Origin: a virus
Lineage: Duplodnaviria; Caudoviricetes
Length of the DNA: 29,493 nt
Virus record (IMG/VR): IMGVR_UViG_3300012346_000120
Location: 1-29,493 of that record
Strand: one strand, 5' to 3'
Part shown: positions 7,394-16,603 of the stretch, in pieces
Layout: each line of letters begins with the position of its first letter
Numbering within the stretch: the stretch's first letter is position 1
Position numbers and translations under genes: made by a program
The notes under the pieces: generated by a model
What the model was told of the DNA's origin: nothing
Seen by the model: only the letters and a program-made list of their open reading frames with translations
Database searches by the model: none

Positions 7394-8458
7394 TTACTTA
7401 AAAAAGTATTCGTTTATGCTCTTTGTTAATAACCCATAGTTAAAGTGTATGAATCCAGAGCGTCCAAGCTGAAAGTTTGTAGCTACCCAGTTACTAGACG
7501 GGCTAAAAGCGGGGTAATTGTAATACTTAAACACGTCCGAACTAGACGCATCAAATAAGTATTGGTGTGAGTCGCCCTTTTCAAAAATGATTTCGTAACC
7601 TTTATTAAGTAAGTCTTGGGTGTGTAAATAGCCGACTATTTTGTTTATTTGGTTCGGATCAATCTTTGGTTTAAATCCGTGTTTAAGGTTGTGGGTATCT
7701 TTACCATGCGTCGAAACAAAGCAATAATTACCGACTAGTTCCCAGTCAATAAACGACGTTTGGTTAATTACCTTGACATTCTTTAATTGGGTTTCAATGT
7801 AGCTTTTTACCGATTGGTTCACGAAGTACGCGAAGTCGCCGCTATGGTTGTCGTTGCAAACGCTTCTAAATACAATCAATTTGTAGTGTGGTGCGAGGGC
7901 TTCTAAAAGACGAACCTTAAACATAAAGCCAACGTCGAACGCTTTTTGGTTTGACATGTTTTGAGGCAACGCATGGCCACCCCTAGTTGTTTGTCCGTTA
8001 AACCCGTCTAGAAAGTCGCCTAGATCCGAAATATAAAGTATATTACTTTCTTGTTTTTCTAGGGTAAAATTCACCATTTGCGTAAGACGTTCAAAAAGTA
8101 AAGCTTCGTTCCATTCGGTTGGGTACATTGAACGGCCTTTGTCGCTTGCGTCCATACCTATATGTACGTCGGTAAAAACTAGCTTGTCAAATTCGCCCTT
8201 TAGTTCGCCTTTACGTATCCTTTCAGTAGCTAACGGCGGTACGTCTTCAAATAGTTTCTTAAAATCAATCTTATTAACGTCGAACTCATTACCAAAAGAC
8301 GGATTTTTAAAGAACAAACTAGCATCTTTTGATTTTAGCCATCCGTGTTTTACGTCTTTTTCGTCTAGACCTAGCCCGTTGGCTTGTTCTTTTATTGCGC
8401 GGTATTGCTGTATTATTGCAAGCTCATCCGCTTTTAGTCTTATTCTAGGAATCTTCAT
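7394..8458 (-). CDS. calcineurin-like metallophosphoesterase/nuclease
   Basis: DVHIG, GDFLDG, NDNH, THG, GDSH motifs. Confidence 0.8.
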   Translation of the reverse strand: MKIPRIRLKADELAIIQQYRAIKEQANGLGLDEKDVKHGWLKSKDASLFFKNPSFGNEFDVNKIDFKKLFEDVPPLATERIRKGELKGEFDKLVFTDVHIGMDASDKGRSMYPTEWNEALLFERLTQMVNFTLEKQESNILYISDLGDFLDGFNGQTTRGGHALPQNMSNQKAFDVGFMFKVRLLEALAPHYKLIVFRSVCNDNHSGDFAYFVNQSVKSYIETQLKNVKVINQTSFIDWELVGNYCFVSTHGKDTHNLKHGFKPKIDPNQINKIVGYLHTQDLLNKGYEIIFEKGDSHQYLFDASSSDVFKYYNYPAFSPSSNWVATNFQLGRSGFIHFNYGLLTKSINEYFFK

Positions 8459-8889
8459 AAAGGGGTTTTATAATGTCTAAGTAGGTAATTGGTAAAGATA
8501 CCCACCGCAAAACCTAAAACTAGTAATAAAATATTAGGCTTAACGTTCTTATGCTTTTCCGTTTTCCATTTGACGACCTCAACTTTTTGTATCATTTTCA
8601 AGGTGTCGCGTTTTAACTTGTATTCGATACGTGTTTGAAACCGCGTTTTAGGCACAAAAGAACGCTTGTAACGCACTATTGTATCTTTTTGGACTAATAC
8701 CTTTTCCCACATTATAGAGTCTCTTAAAACGTAAGGAATTGAGTCAATGGTTAAGACTTGTATGGTGTCCGCCACCTCGTCGCATCGGTAACCTTTCTTA
8801 AAGGCTTTACGAACGTGGTAATTAACACCGCAAGATGTCGCAAATATTGCCAATATAAGCGACAAAATGAGTTTACTTGGCGATTTCAA
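8455..8889 (-). CDS. lipoprotein with C-terminal TM helix, putative unimolecular spanin
   Basis: [14 protein letters not shown] lipobox; C-terminal [13 protein letters not shown]; follows endolysin; TTG start at 8889 inferred. Confidence 0.65.
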   Translation of the reverse strand: MKSPSKLILSLILAIFATSCGVNYHVRKAFKKGYRCDEVADTIQVLTIDSIPYVLRDSIMWEKVLVQKDTIVRYKRSFVPKTRFQTRIEYKLKRDTLKMIQKVEVVKWKTEKHKNVKPNILLLVLGFAVGIFTNYLLRHYKTPL

Positions 8890-9337
8890 AGTGCATCCAG
8901 TCATAATTCTTTTCTTTACCGAGTGAAATAAATCCGTACTTATAAAAAATGTCAATCATTGGTTTATACTCAGGACGTGCAAAGCGCGCAGTCTTAGAAG
9001 TTTCTTTTAAAGTGTTACGTGCGGGGTCTAAGTCTATGGCAATACCCCAAGCGTGACGAGACCAAGACGAACCACCGCGCATTTTACGAAAGTTAAAACA
9101 ACCCCCGTAAAGGTCTATTCCTAGTTCTACCAAACGTTCGTACCCATACACGGCCAAAAGGTCGTTAAACACGCTTAAAAAAGCATCTGCAACTAGCTTA
9201 TGGCATCTCATCTTTGTTACTTTAGTGTCTAAGTCCCAAGCAATGCGCATAGGGTAAGGTAAATTGATAGTCGTTAGGTACGTTCCCCTTTCGTTAGGTT
9301 GTCCGTATTTTGCTAAGGCTTGGGCGGTTGTTATCAT
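8873..9337 (-). CDS. endolysin, peptidase M15 family
   Basis: R...[10 protein letters not shown] (SxHxxGxAxD) and DWMHFEI. Confidence 0.9.
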   Translation of the reverse strand: MITTAQALAKYGQPNERGTYLTTINLPYPMRIAWDLDTKVTKMRCHKLVADAFLSVFNDLLAVYGYERLVELGIDLYGGCFNFRKMRGGSSWSRHAWGIAIDLDPARNTLKETSKTARFARPEYKPMIDIFYKYGFISLGKEKNYDWMHFEIAK

Positions 9338-9394
9338 AACTTGTTTTTAAATGTACATTTGTCCAGTTTTTTGCGCTATTTACGGGACATTATA

Positions 9395-9422
9395 AACCCC
9401 GCCAACGTTATCAGCGGGGGTT
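9395..9422 (-). terminator. stem-loop/possible terminator between holin-like genes and endolysin
   Basis: aaccccgc...gcgggggtt inverted repeat, short U tract. Confidence 0.5.
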
Positions 9423-9430
9423 CTCTGTGT

Positions 9431-9685
9431 TCAGTATTCCTGCGCAGTCAAGTGAGGTGCTTTTATTTTCTTGTTCCATACTGAAAGACCTAAAGACGTA
9501 GCCGAGTAACCTAGCAAACCTACAAAAACAAATTCGTGAACTTTAAACGTAGTCACTAAAGGCGCAAAGGCGTAAAGAACCGCGATCCAAAACGACGTAA
9601 AAGCGGATAGCCTTTTAATAGACCATTTGCCGCTAGGCCTTAAAGTTTCGTTTATTAGTTTTTTTATCATTTGGTAAGACTGCAA
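9431..9685 (-). CDS. putative holin (2 TM)
   Basis: GKWSIKR followed by two hydrophobic helices; upstream of endolysin; start probably MIKKLINE. Confidence 0.6.
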   Translation of the reverse strand: MQSYQMIKKLINETLRPSGKWSIKRLSAFTSFWIAVLYAFAPLVTTFKVHEFVFVGLLGYSATSLGLSVWNKKIKAPHLTAQEY

Positions 9686-9860
9686 ATAAGCGTTCAGGTA
9701 TGTCTATTCGTGTTTTTGTAGCTTGTCTAAAGCTTTGTTGTTTGTAGCAGTCGTAAAGGGCCGTTTCGACTTTATTAAGTCGGTTGTCCGTGTGCCATAA
9801 CCAAAGGCATAAAACACCCGTAACGCCGTACTTTTTTACTAAAGTTACAAACTCAGTCAT
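9633..9860 (-). CDS. small single-TM protein of the lysis cassette (holin/antiholin-like)
   Basis: KKYGVTGVLCLWLW then short coiled coil. Confidence 0.5.
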   Translation of the reverse strand: MTEFVTLVKKYGVTGVLCLWLWHTDNRLNKVETALYDCYKQQSFRQATKTRIDIPERLFAVLPNDKKTNKRNFKA

Positions 9861-10417
9861 TAGAAAACCATTATTTGGTTATTGTACCCGTTGTCGTTGT
9901 AACGTTGTCCGCAACGTCCCCAGCACGTACCCACGCAATCGCACGCGTCAATCTGTGGGCGCAAGTCGGTGTCTTTATTTGTTTGGCTAGTGAATTGCGG
10001 GTACAAATTCTTGTTAGCTAGTAGGTATTTGATTAACCTTTGTTCGTAAAAGCTGGCTTTTTGTGCGTAATGCTCCATTGAAAACGCCACCTCAGCACGT
10101 GAAACGCTGCCCGAATAGTCCCCGAATTGCGTTTGTATACCTTTGTTCTTAAGTTGGTACGAAAGACCGAAGACCGCATCCTCAGCCGAGCGCCAAGCTA
10201 CAACGGGTTGTATAAATTCTACAAGCGTTTCTTCGTCGTTCGTCAAAGTTTGCGTGTTGTACGCGTTTAACATGTACTTGTAAAACGTTGTGCCTAGAAT
10301 TGGTTGTACTCTAAGGTCGCTTTGTGTAGCAATGTATGGTGTTACGTCTGTTACGTCTACGTTAGCCGTAATAGGCGTGTTCGTCTTTAGGTATGTTTCG
10401 GTAATGAAGTAAATCAT
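9860..10417 (-). CDS. putative head-tail adaptor
   Basis: Directly after portal; helical; Q...VQPILG..FY motif. Confidence 0.6.
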   Translation of the reverse strand: MIYFITETYLKTNTPITANVDVTDVTPYIATQSDLRVQPILGTTFYKYMLNAYNTQTLTNDEETLVEFIQPVVAWRSAEDAVFGLSYQLKNKGIQTQFGDYSGSVSRAEVAFSMEHYAQKASFYEQRLIKYLLANKNLYPQFTSQTNKDTDLRPQIDACDCVGTCWGRCGQRYNDNGYNNQIMVF

Positions 10418-11727
10418 TTCTTAAATGTTTGGGCGGGTTGTTGTGAAGCTACTACGTCGCCACCTTCAACGGGTGGTAAGCTTGCAAGTGCGCGGATTTC
10501 GTTAGGTGTCATGGTGTCCAAAACTTTAGTAGCTACAAGCGGGCTCATTGCGTTCAAGGCGTCTTGTGTTTTCGATGCGTCGCCTTCAACTTCTACAATT
10601 GTTTCATTAATTATTTGGAAATTCTTAATACTAAAGTCAGCTTTAAGCCTAGAAATATTAAGTAGTTCCGTGAATATTTCGGTAACCATTTCGCGCAACG
10701 GAATAACTACGTTCTTTTCAAAGATAATGTAAGCTTGTTTAATGTCTGCGCCACCGCCTAGGCTTCCCGTTGTGCGTACACCCATTAAAATAGGGTCTAT
10801 CGTATGGGCAAAACAAATTTGCTCCGTGTTTAGCGTGCTAGCTTCTTGAAAAAGTTTGTCGTTTTGGTTTGTAGGGATTGACTCAATCTTCGGCAATTGA
10901 TCTTGACTATTGGCAAAAAAGGCCACACCTTTACCAGCGTTGGCAGCGCCTTTCATGCGGTCTATTGTGTCGCGTAATACTTTCTTTTCTTCTTCGCTTT
11001 GAGGACGTTTTGGGAACATCATTGCAAAAGCTGGGAAAATTGAGTTTTGAATGTTCGACTTTGCAAAGTACGAAAGTTCACCCGACAAAAAGGCGAAGTT
11101 TAAAGCACTTGAATAGGTAGGTAAAGAATAATAATCTTGACCGATACTAGGTAATTCGTAAGAATAAAGCTGACATTTGTCAGTATTAAGCGGGTGGTAA
11201 GGTTTTACTTCTTCTACGTCAATACGGCTTGCCCAGTCGTCGCACAAATAGTAACAAGTCTTTGTGTTGTTGATACGTACTTTTTCGGGGCTTACGTTTT
11301 CGATTTTATGAAGCTTGCTTTTAGCGTCAAAATGCAACTTAAAGTACACGCGGTTGTGCATTACAAGTTGCTTAGCAACGGCTTTAACAGACTTAGCTAG
11401 GCGCATTTTCTTTTCCCAAGTGTAAAGGTCTAGAAGTTCTTGCGGTGTAAGCTTGTCCGTTTTTAATTCATAGCCCGCGCCGATAGCTGCGTTTACTTTG
11501 AAGTCTACAATAGCCCCATGTAAAGGCGACGTGTAGTAAAGTTGGTTTAAAGTTTCTGGGAATAGGTTGTCACTTCCGAACGGCACATAGCCCGCTACTT
11601 GGTAACGTCCATTAACGTAAGGTAACGACAAGTCGCCGCGTCCGATTTTACCGAAAGGCGTTGAAAAGCTTTGATACCCTTCTATTACTTCGGGTTTTTG
11701 TTGTTTGAATCTATCGAAAATTCCCAT
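10414..11727 (-). CDS. portal protein
   Basis: GSDNLFP...SPLHGAI, YYSLP, GAANAGK, AHTIDPILMG, TPNEIR; start placed at MGIFDRF. Confidence 0.88.
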   Translation of the reverse strand: MGIFDRFKQQKPEVIEGYQSFSTPFGKIGRGDLSLPYVNGRYQVAGYVPFGSDNLFPETLNQLYYTSPLHGAIVDFKVNAAIGAGYELKTDKLTPQELLDLYTWEKKMRLAKSVKAVAKQLVMHNRVYFKLHFDAKSKLHKIENVSPEKVRINNTKTCYYLCDDWASRIDVEEVKPYHPLNTDKCQLYSYELPSIGQDYYSLPTYSSALNFAFLSGELSYFAKSNIQNSIFPAFAMMFPKRPQSEEEKKVLRDTIDRMKGAANAGKGVAFFANSQDQLPKIESIPTNQNDKLFQEASTLNTEQICFAHTIDPILMGVRTTGSLGGGADIKQAYIIFEKNVVIPLREMVTEIFTELLNISRLKADFSIKNFQIINETIVEVEGDASKTQDALNAMSPLVATKVLDTMTPNEIRALASLPPVEGGDVVASQQPAQTFKK

Positions 11728-11731
11728 TTTA

Positions 11732-12082
11732 TTAGTCGTATATGCTAGAAGTAGAACCGCCCGCAACTACTAGGCGACCTTCTTCTATTAAATTAAGTCC
11801 GTTTGTATTCGTGTTTTCGTCTACTATTATTTCTTCGTCGCTTTCGTAAACTGAATAAGTGTATTGACCGCGTGTAAGTTCAAGGTCTACGCCTTCTTCT
11901 AAAGTGAACAAGTTGTAACGAGTAGGAAAATTCGAAGTGTCAACGCCCGCCCACAAAATGGGTTCGGTTGCCGTGTTAAATTCGCCCTCAAAGACGAATA
12001 AATAAAAAGGGTCTACTAACGTCGTTACTTCGCTTAAAGTAAGCGCAAACGTGTTTATTTCGCCTTTTTCAATGTAAATCAT
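11732..12082 (-). CDS. putative virion structural protein (beta-rich)
   Basis: GQYTYSVYE...IEEGRL; start moved to MIYIEKG, which follows the late motif. Confidence 0.6.
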   Translation of the reverse strand: MIYIEKGEINTFALTLSEVTTLVDPFYLFVFEGEFNTATEPILWAGVDTSNFPTRYNLFTLEEGVDLELTRGQYTYSVYESDEEIIVDENTNTNGLNLIEEGRLVVAGGSTSSIYD

Positions 12083-12115
12083 AACAATATTAAAATTCGT
12101 TTGAGACTTGTTCAA
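12080..12115 (-). promoter_or_regulatory. putative phage late promoter
   Basis: TTGAACAA-N14-TTAATATTGTTATG, immediately downstream of a terminator. Confidence 0.7.
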
Positions 12116-12119
12116 ATAG

Positions 12120-12141
12120 AAAACCCCCTTCAATGAGGGGG
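12120..12141 (-). terminator. intrinsic terminator
   Basis: CCCCCU/AGGGGG stem followed by UUUU. Confidence 0.7.
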
Positions 12142-12166
12142 CTAACTATGTTTGGTAAGGAAAAAA

Positions 12167-12682
12167 TTACACTAATAAATCAGGTAAAATCGCTGGGTCT
12201 ACTTCGTAAGCTAACTCAGGGTTTTCTGCAACCAAAGTAAGGCTGTATTTTGAGCCGTCCGCGCGAGCCGTTCCCGAACCTTCGCCGTAAGCTGTTACTT
12301 GCAAGAATGGGAAGTACCAATATTTGCCGTTTGCGTCACCTACTACCGCTGCCAAGTATTGTTGGCCAGCACCAAGAATTTTGATAGCTTTAGACTTCTC
12401 TTGGTCGCGTCTGTGAAACATTAAGTTAATTGTTTGAGTAACGTAAGAAGACCCGTTTACTAGGTCAATAGTTCCGTCTTCGGTAAAGTTACCCGTGTTT
12501 CTTTTGAACTCCAAAGCGATAAAAGGCTCGCTGTGATTAATGTCTGTAACTTCCCAGTTTGTACCAGTTTCGAGTGTAGTAACACCCGTAATGTTGTCTT
12601 GTTGGTTAATTAATAGGGTGTAAATACCGCCGCTATTGTTGTCGCATCCTTTTAGGATTTCTTGTAATGTAGCACAAGCCAT
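12167..12682 (-). CDS. putative major tail tube protein
   Basis: MAC...GC..NSGGI, D.NG.YW, GSGTARAD..KY.LTL; follows capsid, own terminator. Confidence 0.65.
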   Translation of the reverse strand: MACATLQEILKGCDNNSGGIYTLLINQQDNITGVTTLETGTNWEVTDINHSEPFIALEFKRNTGNFTEDGTIDLVNGSSYVTQTINLMFHRRDQEKSKAIKILGAGQQYLAAVVGDANGKYWYFPFLQVTAYGEGSGTARADGSKYSLTLVAENPELAYEVDPAILPDLLV

Positions 12683-12705
12683 GTTTTCTAAATTTTTTTG
12701 GTTAT

Positions 12706-12734
12706 AAAAAAGGGCGGCGTTTTATGGCCGCCCC
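12706..12734 (-). terminator. intrinsic terminator after capsid gene
   Basis: GGGCGGC/GCCGCCC stem plus U6. Confidence 0.85.
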
Positions 12735-12759
12735 GTATATTTTAAATTGTAATTAACGA

Positions 12760-13686
12760 CTAGTCGAAACAAACGTTGTAAACTACAATTTGCGCTGGGT
12801 TCGTATAGTGGAAACCTGCTTTCAAGTTCGCACGTGTGCGGATATAAGGCTCAGCAACTGAGTCGCTAAGGTTAACAGCTTTCAAAGCTTTAGCGTCACC
12901 TTCTGCGTCGAATGCGTAGATAAGGTCTGTTTTCAAAGCAAGAACCATAGTGTTAACTGGCATACCTTCAGCAAGAACGATTTTAATACCTAAGAACGTA
13001 GGTGCCAAAGGAGCTGTTACGTAAGTCAAAGTGTTACCAGAAGCAGCAGCAATTTGGTAGTTTACGAATACGTCGCTAGAAACGAACAAACGAAGGTCAG
13101 CACGCTTAGATTGAACTGCAGCTGGTGAAGCTTGAAGTACGCTAGTCATGCGAGCCAATACGTTAGCGCTAGTAATAGCGTCAGTATAAAGACCTACTAC
13201 GTCTGTGTCAGCACACAATTTTTTGAGGTAGCCGTCACACAATGAAAGAACTGGATCAGTGCTTTCTGTGTCACCTTGCCAACGGATAAGTTCGAGGTCG
13301 TTACCGATACGGCCAGCCATTTCATTCCAGTAGTAAGACATGAAAGATGGTACGCTGAAATCGCCGTTAGAACCTTGAGACATTTGCAAAGCCAAGAAAG
13401 ACTGCTCGAGGTCAAATTGGCAAATTTGGCTCATTGCTGAAAGCGCACACACGTCGATGTCTACTGCGTCTAATTGGTCAGTAGGGGCAGTAAAGTTACA
13501 AGTTGATGCAGCCAAAAGGTTGCCGAAAGTAACGTTAGCCAATTTAGTAGCTGACTTAATTCCCGGCAAAGTGCGGTAGTTGTCCGCGATGTCTTCGGTT
13601 AAATAAGCTTTTGAGTAGAACTCGTCTGGGTTAGGACAAAGAAGCGCGTTTGTTTCTACGTCCAAGTCAAATTTAAGATTTCTCAT
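12760..13686 (-). CDS. major capsid protein
   Basis: 308 aa after protease/scaffold; ELIRWQGD...DGYLKK; terminator follows. Confidence 0.85.
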   Translation of the reverse strand: MRNLKFDLDVETNALLCPNPDEFYSKAYLTEDIADNYRTLPGIKSATKLANVTFGNLLAASTCNFTAPTDQLDAVDIDVCALSAMSQICQFDLEQSFLALQMSQGSNGDFSVPSFMSYYWNEMAGRIGNDLELIRWQGDTESTDPVLSLCDGYLKKLCADTDVVGLYTDAITSANVLARMTSVLQASPAAVQSKRADLRLFVSSDVFVNYQIAAASGNTLTYVTAPLAPTFLGIKIVLAEGMPVNTMVLALKTDLIYAFDAEGDAKALKAVNLSDSVAEPYIRTRANLKAGFHYTNPAQIVVYNVCFD

Positions 13687-13720
13687 TTTTTTGTTTGGTT
13701 TTTATTTTGTTTTTACTTGT

Positions 13721-14692
13721 TTACTTGTTTGATGCGCGAAACGCTTTGAACTTGTCAAATGCTGACATTTTTGTGTCCTTAGCCATTTCGATTTCTTCTT
13801 CTTCTTTGATTACGCCTAATTCTTCAATTTGATTTTTTAGGTCTGCAATCATTCCGATTAATGCTTTTTCGCGTTCTTCGATTAAAGGCATAACAATAGC
13901 AGCAATTGCCTCGGCGTCCATTACTGGATCAATAGCCATTTCCGTTTCTACTTCTTCTTCTACAACCTCTTCTTCGGTTACGCTAGTGTCTTCCATGGCT
14001 ACTTCTTCGGTAACTTCTTCCGTTACTTCAGCCATTTCGACTTCTTCTTTTTCTACTTCTTTAATTTCGATTACTTGGCCGTCTTTAACCACGTAAATTT
14101 TACCTTCTAAAAGGTGTTCTCCGTCTGGGAAATTCATGTTATTTTGTTTTAAGTGTTTACTTAATTTCATTCCCAAAAAGCCTTCGATTGAAAATCCGAT
14201 TTGTTCGTCTTTTACTAGTTGATTATAATAGTCAACATCGGTAATTTGTGCCGTTAACATTAAAGTTCCTTTTGGTACTTCGATGCCGTAGGTTGTAAGT
14301 GCTTTATCTTGGGTAGGGTTTTCGACAATCCACGCTTCTAAAATGTAAGCGGGAACTTCTTTACTTTGGTCATGTTCTAAGTTGAAGACGTTTCTATTAG
14401 AAAGGTCCTTCATGAACTTAACATAAATCTGTTCGATGGTTTGTTCGTCGAATTGTACGTAATATTCGCCGTCGTCGTCGCGTCTGTATATTTCCATAGG
14501 GATCATTGCAGGCGCTGTAACGCGGTATTTTAGGTTGTCGCTAAAGAAACGTTTTGCAACGTTTTCGAAAGCTAACCCACGCACTTTTATAGCGGGGTTT
14601 GAGGTAAAGGCAATTTGTTCGATGCCTAATTCTTCGCCGTCCGAATATTCGGGGTCGATAGTTATTTTGTAAATGGGTAAGTCATTAACCAT
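13721..14692 (-). CDS. prohead protease (XkdF-like) with acidic scaffold C-terminus
   Basis: IAFTSNPAI, FNLEHD, PKGT, GFSIEG; E-rich tail. Confidence 0.85.
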   Translation of the reverse strand: MVNDLPIYKITIDPEYSDGEELGIEQIAFTSNPAIKVRGLAFENVAKRFFSDNLKYRVTAPAMIPMEIYRRDDDGEYYVQFDEQTIEQIYVKFMKDLSNRNVFNLEHDQSKEVPAYILEAWIVENPTQDKALTTYGIEVPKGTLMLTAQITDVDYYNQLVKDEQIGFSIEGFLGMKLSKHLKQNNMNFPDGEHLLEGKIYVVKDGQVIEIKEVEKEEVEMAEVTEEVTEEVAMEDTSVTEEEVVEEEVETEMAIDPVMDAEAIAAIVMPLIEEREKALIGMIADLKNQIEELGVIKEEEEIEMAKDTKMSAFDKFKAFRASNK

Positions 14693-14724
14693 AACCATAT
14701 TAAAAAACCCTTATATTTGTTCAA
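14690..14724. promoter_or_regulatory. overlapping divergent promoters: late motif (-) and TATATTTG (+)
   Basis: Minus TTGAACAA-N13-TTAATATGGTTATG; plus TATATTTG 14712-14719. Confidence 0.7.
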
Positions 14725-14731
14725 AAAAACT

Positions 14732-15277
14732 ATGGTAACAATTTGTAACAAAGAGATTCCGAACGAATTAAACGAACTCACAATCCAACAATTCGAAGAC
14801 ATTACGGCTATTCATTCAAATGAAAAGCTAGACCACGTCGAAAAACACTTAGAAGTTTTTAAGTACATGGGTGTACAAGAAGCTGAGGACTTAGAACTTG
14901 AAGACTTCAAAGAGGCTATCCGTTTATTCAACACGGCTAAAGCTCCCGAAGGTGTATTGTTAAAACGTTTTGAAGCCGACAGCTACACGTATCAAGCATA
15001 CGACACAGAATTTAAACTAACGGCTAAAGACACTAAGCATATTGAAAAGATTTTAGCGCACAAACACAAAGGGTTTATTTCCGAAGCGTTGGCGGTTGTC
15101 TTTAAAAGAACGGACTTAAGCAAAACCGAACACTACACCGACGCGCATATTAAGTTTAAGGCTAAAATAATTCGTGAAATGCCCGCCGAAGTTGCCGTGC
15201 CTTACCTAGTAGCCATTGCCGAAACAATTAACAAACAAGTTCAAAGCTTAAATGATAGTACCGAAGGGGTGGCATGA
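14732..15277 (+). CDS. hypothetical protein, possible tail assembly chaperone
   Basis: IPNELNELTIQQF motif; ATG at 14732 downstream of promoter. Confidence 0.6.
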   Translation: MVTICNKEIPNELNELTIQQFEDITAIHSNEKLDHVEKHLEVFKYMGVQEAEDLELEDFKEAIRLFNTAKAPEGVLLKRFEADSYTYQAYDTEFKLTAKDTKHIEKILAHKHKGFISEALAVVFKRTDLSKTEHYTDAHIKFKAKIIREMPAEVAVPYLVAIAETINKQVQSLNDSTEGVA

Positions 15278-16034
15278 AGTTAAGTTGTACCAATTTAAAG
15301 AACTTCGCGAACTCAAAGACGCCGAGGGCTTTTTTAATACGCAACTAGAAACGCTTGCAATACTTTTAGACGTACCTACGGACGACCTAGAAGAACTTTC
15401 TTTAGAAGAAATAGGCGAACTATTTAAGTCGGCTAAATGGGTTCTTAGCGAGCCTAAAAAAGCACATGCAAGCGAAGTAATAATAGACGGAGAAACGTAC
15501 ATTTTAAAACCGTTTAAGAAGCTAACGCTTGACGAATTTATAGACCTTAACTTTTTCTTGTCAAACGACTACTTAAAGCACATTTCGCATATTGTTTCCG
15601 TGTTTTACAGGCGCATTAATACCGATAATTGGAAAAATATTGAATTTGAACCCTACGTGTTTAACCCGTTCGACGTATTCGACAAGTTCGACGACCTTAA
15701 AATTACCCAAGTTTACGGGCTTATTCCCGAGTTCTTAAAATGGCGCGACGACTTTCTAAAGAAATACGAAAATTTGTTTAATGAAGACGACGAAGACGAA
15801 GACGAAACCCTAGACGTTAAAGACTTTGACAGCTTAGAAGACTATAAGGAAAGTTTAAAGGCGCAAGAACAAGCCAAGAAGTCTAAGAAATGGGGGTGGG
15901 AAAGTTTGCTGTTTGATTTATGCGAAGGTGACCTAACAAAAATAAAGGCAGTCGGTGAACTGCCTTTGATATTCGTGTTTAATATGTTAAGTATGCGTAA
16001 AGAAATGGGCTACTTAGAAACCAGTAAATTCTAA
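15252..16034 (+). CDS. hypothetical protein, paralogue of the preceding gene with extra C-terminal domain
   Basis: VPKGWHEVKLYQF; C-terminal KKWGWESLLFDLCEGDLTK. Confidence 0.6.
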   Translation: MIVPKGWHEVKLYQFKELRELKDAEGFFNTQLETLAILLDVPTDDLEELSLEEIGELFKSAKWVLSEPKKAHASEVIIDGETYILKPFKKLTLDEFIDLNFFLSNDYLKHISHIVSVFYRRINTDNWKNIEFEPYVFNPFDVFDKFDDLKITQVYGLIPEFLKWRDDFLKKYENLFNEDDEDEDETLDVKDFDSLEDYKESLKAQEQAKKSKKWGWESLLFDLCEGDLTKIKAVGELPLIFVFNMLSMRKEMGYLETSKF

Positions 16035-16445
16035 CGGGTCGCTAAAGCTACCGCCGATAGGTTCGAACGTGTAAACAATGCTTTTCTTTTCGCCTAAAAT
16101 TCTAGCGACTTGTAGAATTGGGTAACGCTTAGCCATCCATTCTGTATACTGCTGGTAAATTTCAGCGGTTGTACCCTCAGCGTTTAGACGTGCAGTAAGC
16201 TTTGCGCAAAGGTCGAAAGGTAGCATGTTTCTAGTTCCATTGTTCAAGAACCCGAAATAGTACATTGCCAAAATTTGAATTTCTAATTCACCCAACGCGG
16301 GTATTTTAGCATTGATCCTAATTGAATCATAAAGCGCTTCGGTGTCTATTAGGTTTTCTTCGGCAATGATACGGCGCAAAGTCTTAGCAATCTTATTACG
16401 TGTTTTGTAAAGGACGTTAAACGTCCCGTCGTTTTTGTATGCCAT
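16014..16445 (-). CDS. putative neck/tail-completion protein
   Basis: DTEALYDSI...YFGFLNNGTR resembles DTG.L..SI...Y..F.E.GT. Confidence 0.6.
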   Translation of the reverse strand: MAYKNDGTFNVLYKTRNKIAKTLRRIIAEENLIDTEALYDSIRINAKIPALGELEIQILAMYYFGFLNNGTRNMLPFDLCAKLTARLNAEGTTAEIYQQYTEWMAKRYPILQVARILGEKKSIVYTFEPIGGSFSDPLEFTGF

Positions 16446-16600
16446 TACTCCCCTTTTAGTGCTTTCAATTCAGCGTACAAAGCAAGCAATTCAGCTTCTT
16501 TTTGCGCTACTAATTCTTCGGCTGTTGGTTCGTCAACCTCTATAAATTCAACGCGAACAAGTCCGTTCTCATCGTATATTTCGTTTCTTACTTGTGGCAT
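16445..16600 (-). CDS. 51 aa protein absent from ORF track, possible fibre chaperone (MPQVRNEIYDENGLVRVEF...LKGE)
   Basis: Translated by hand; fills gap after fibre gene, TAATG coupling. Confidence 0.75.
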   Translation of the reverse strand: MPQVRNEIYDENGLVRVEFIEVDEPTAEELVAQKEAELLALYAELKALKGE

Positions 16601-16603
16601 AGT

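Noticed and set aside
15248-15280. Programmed frameshift joining the two plus-strand genes
   Set aside because: Second gene has its own ATG and repeats the N-terminal motif; no clear slippery heptamer
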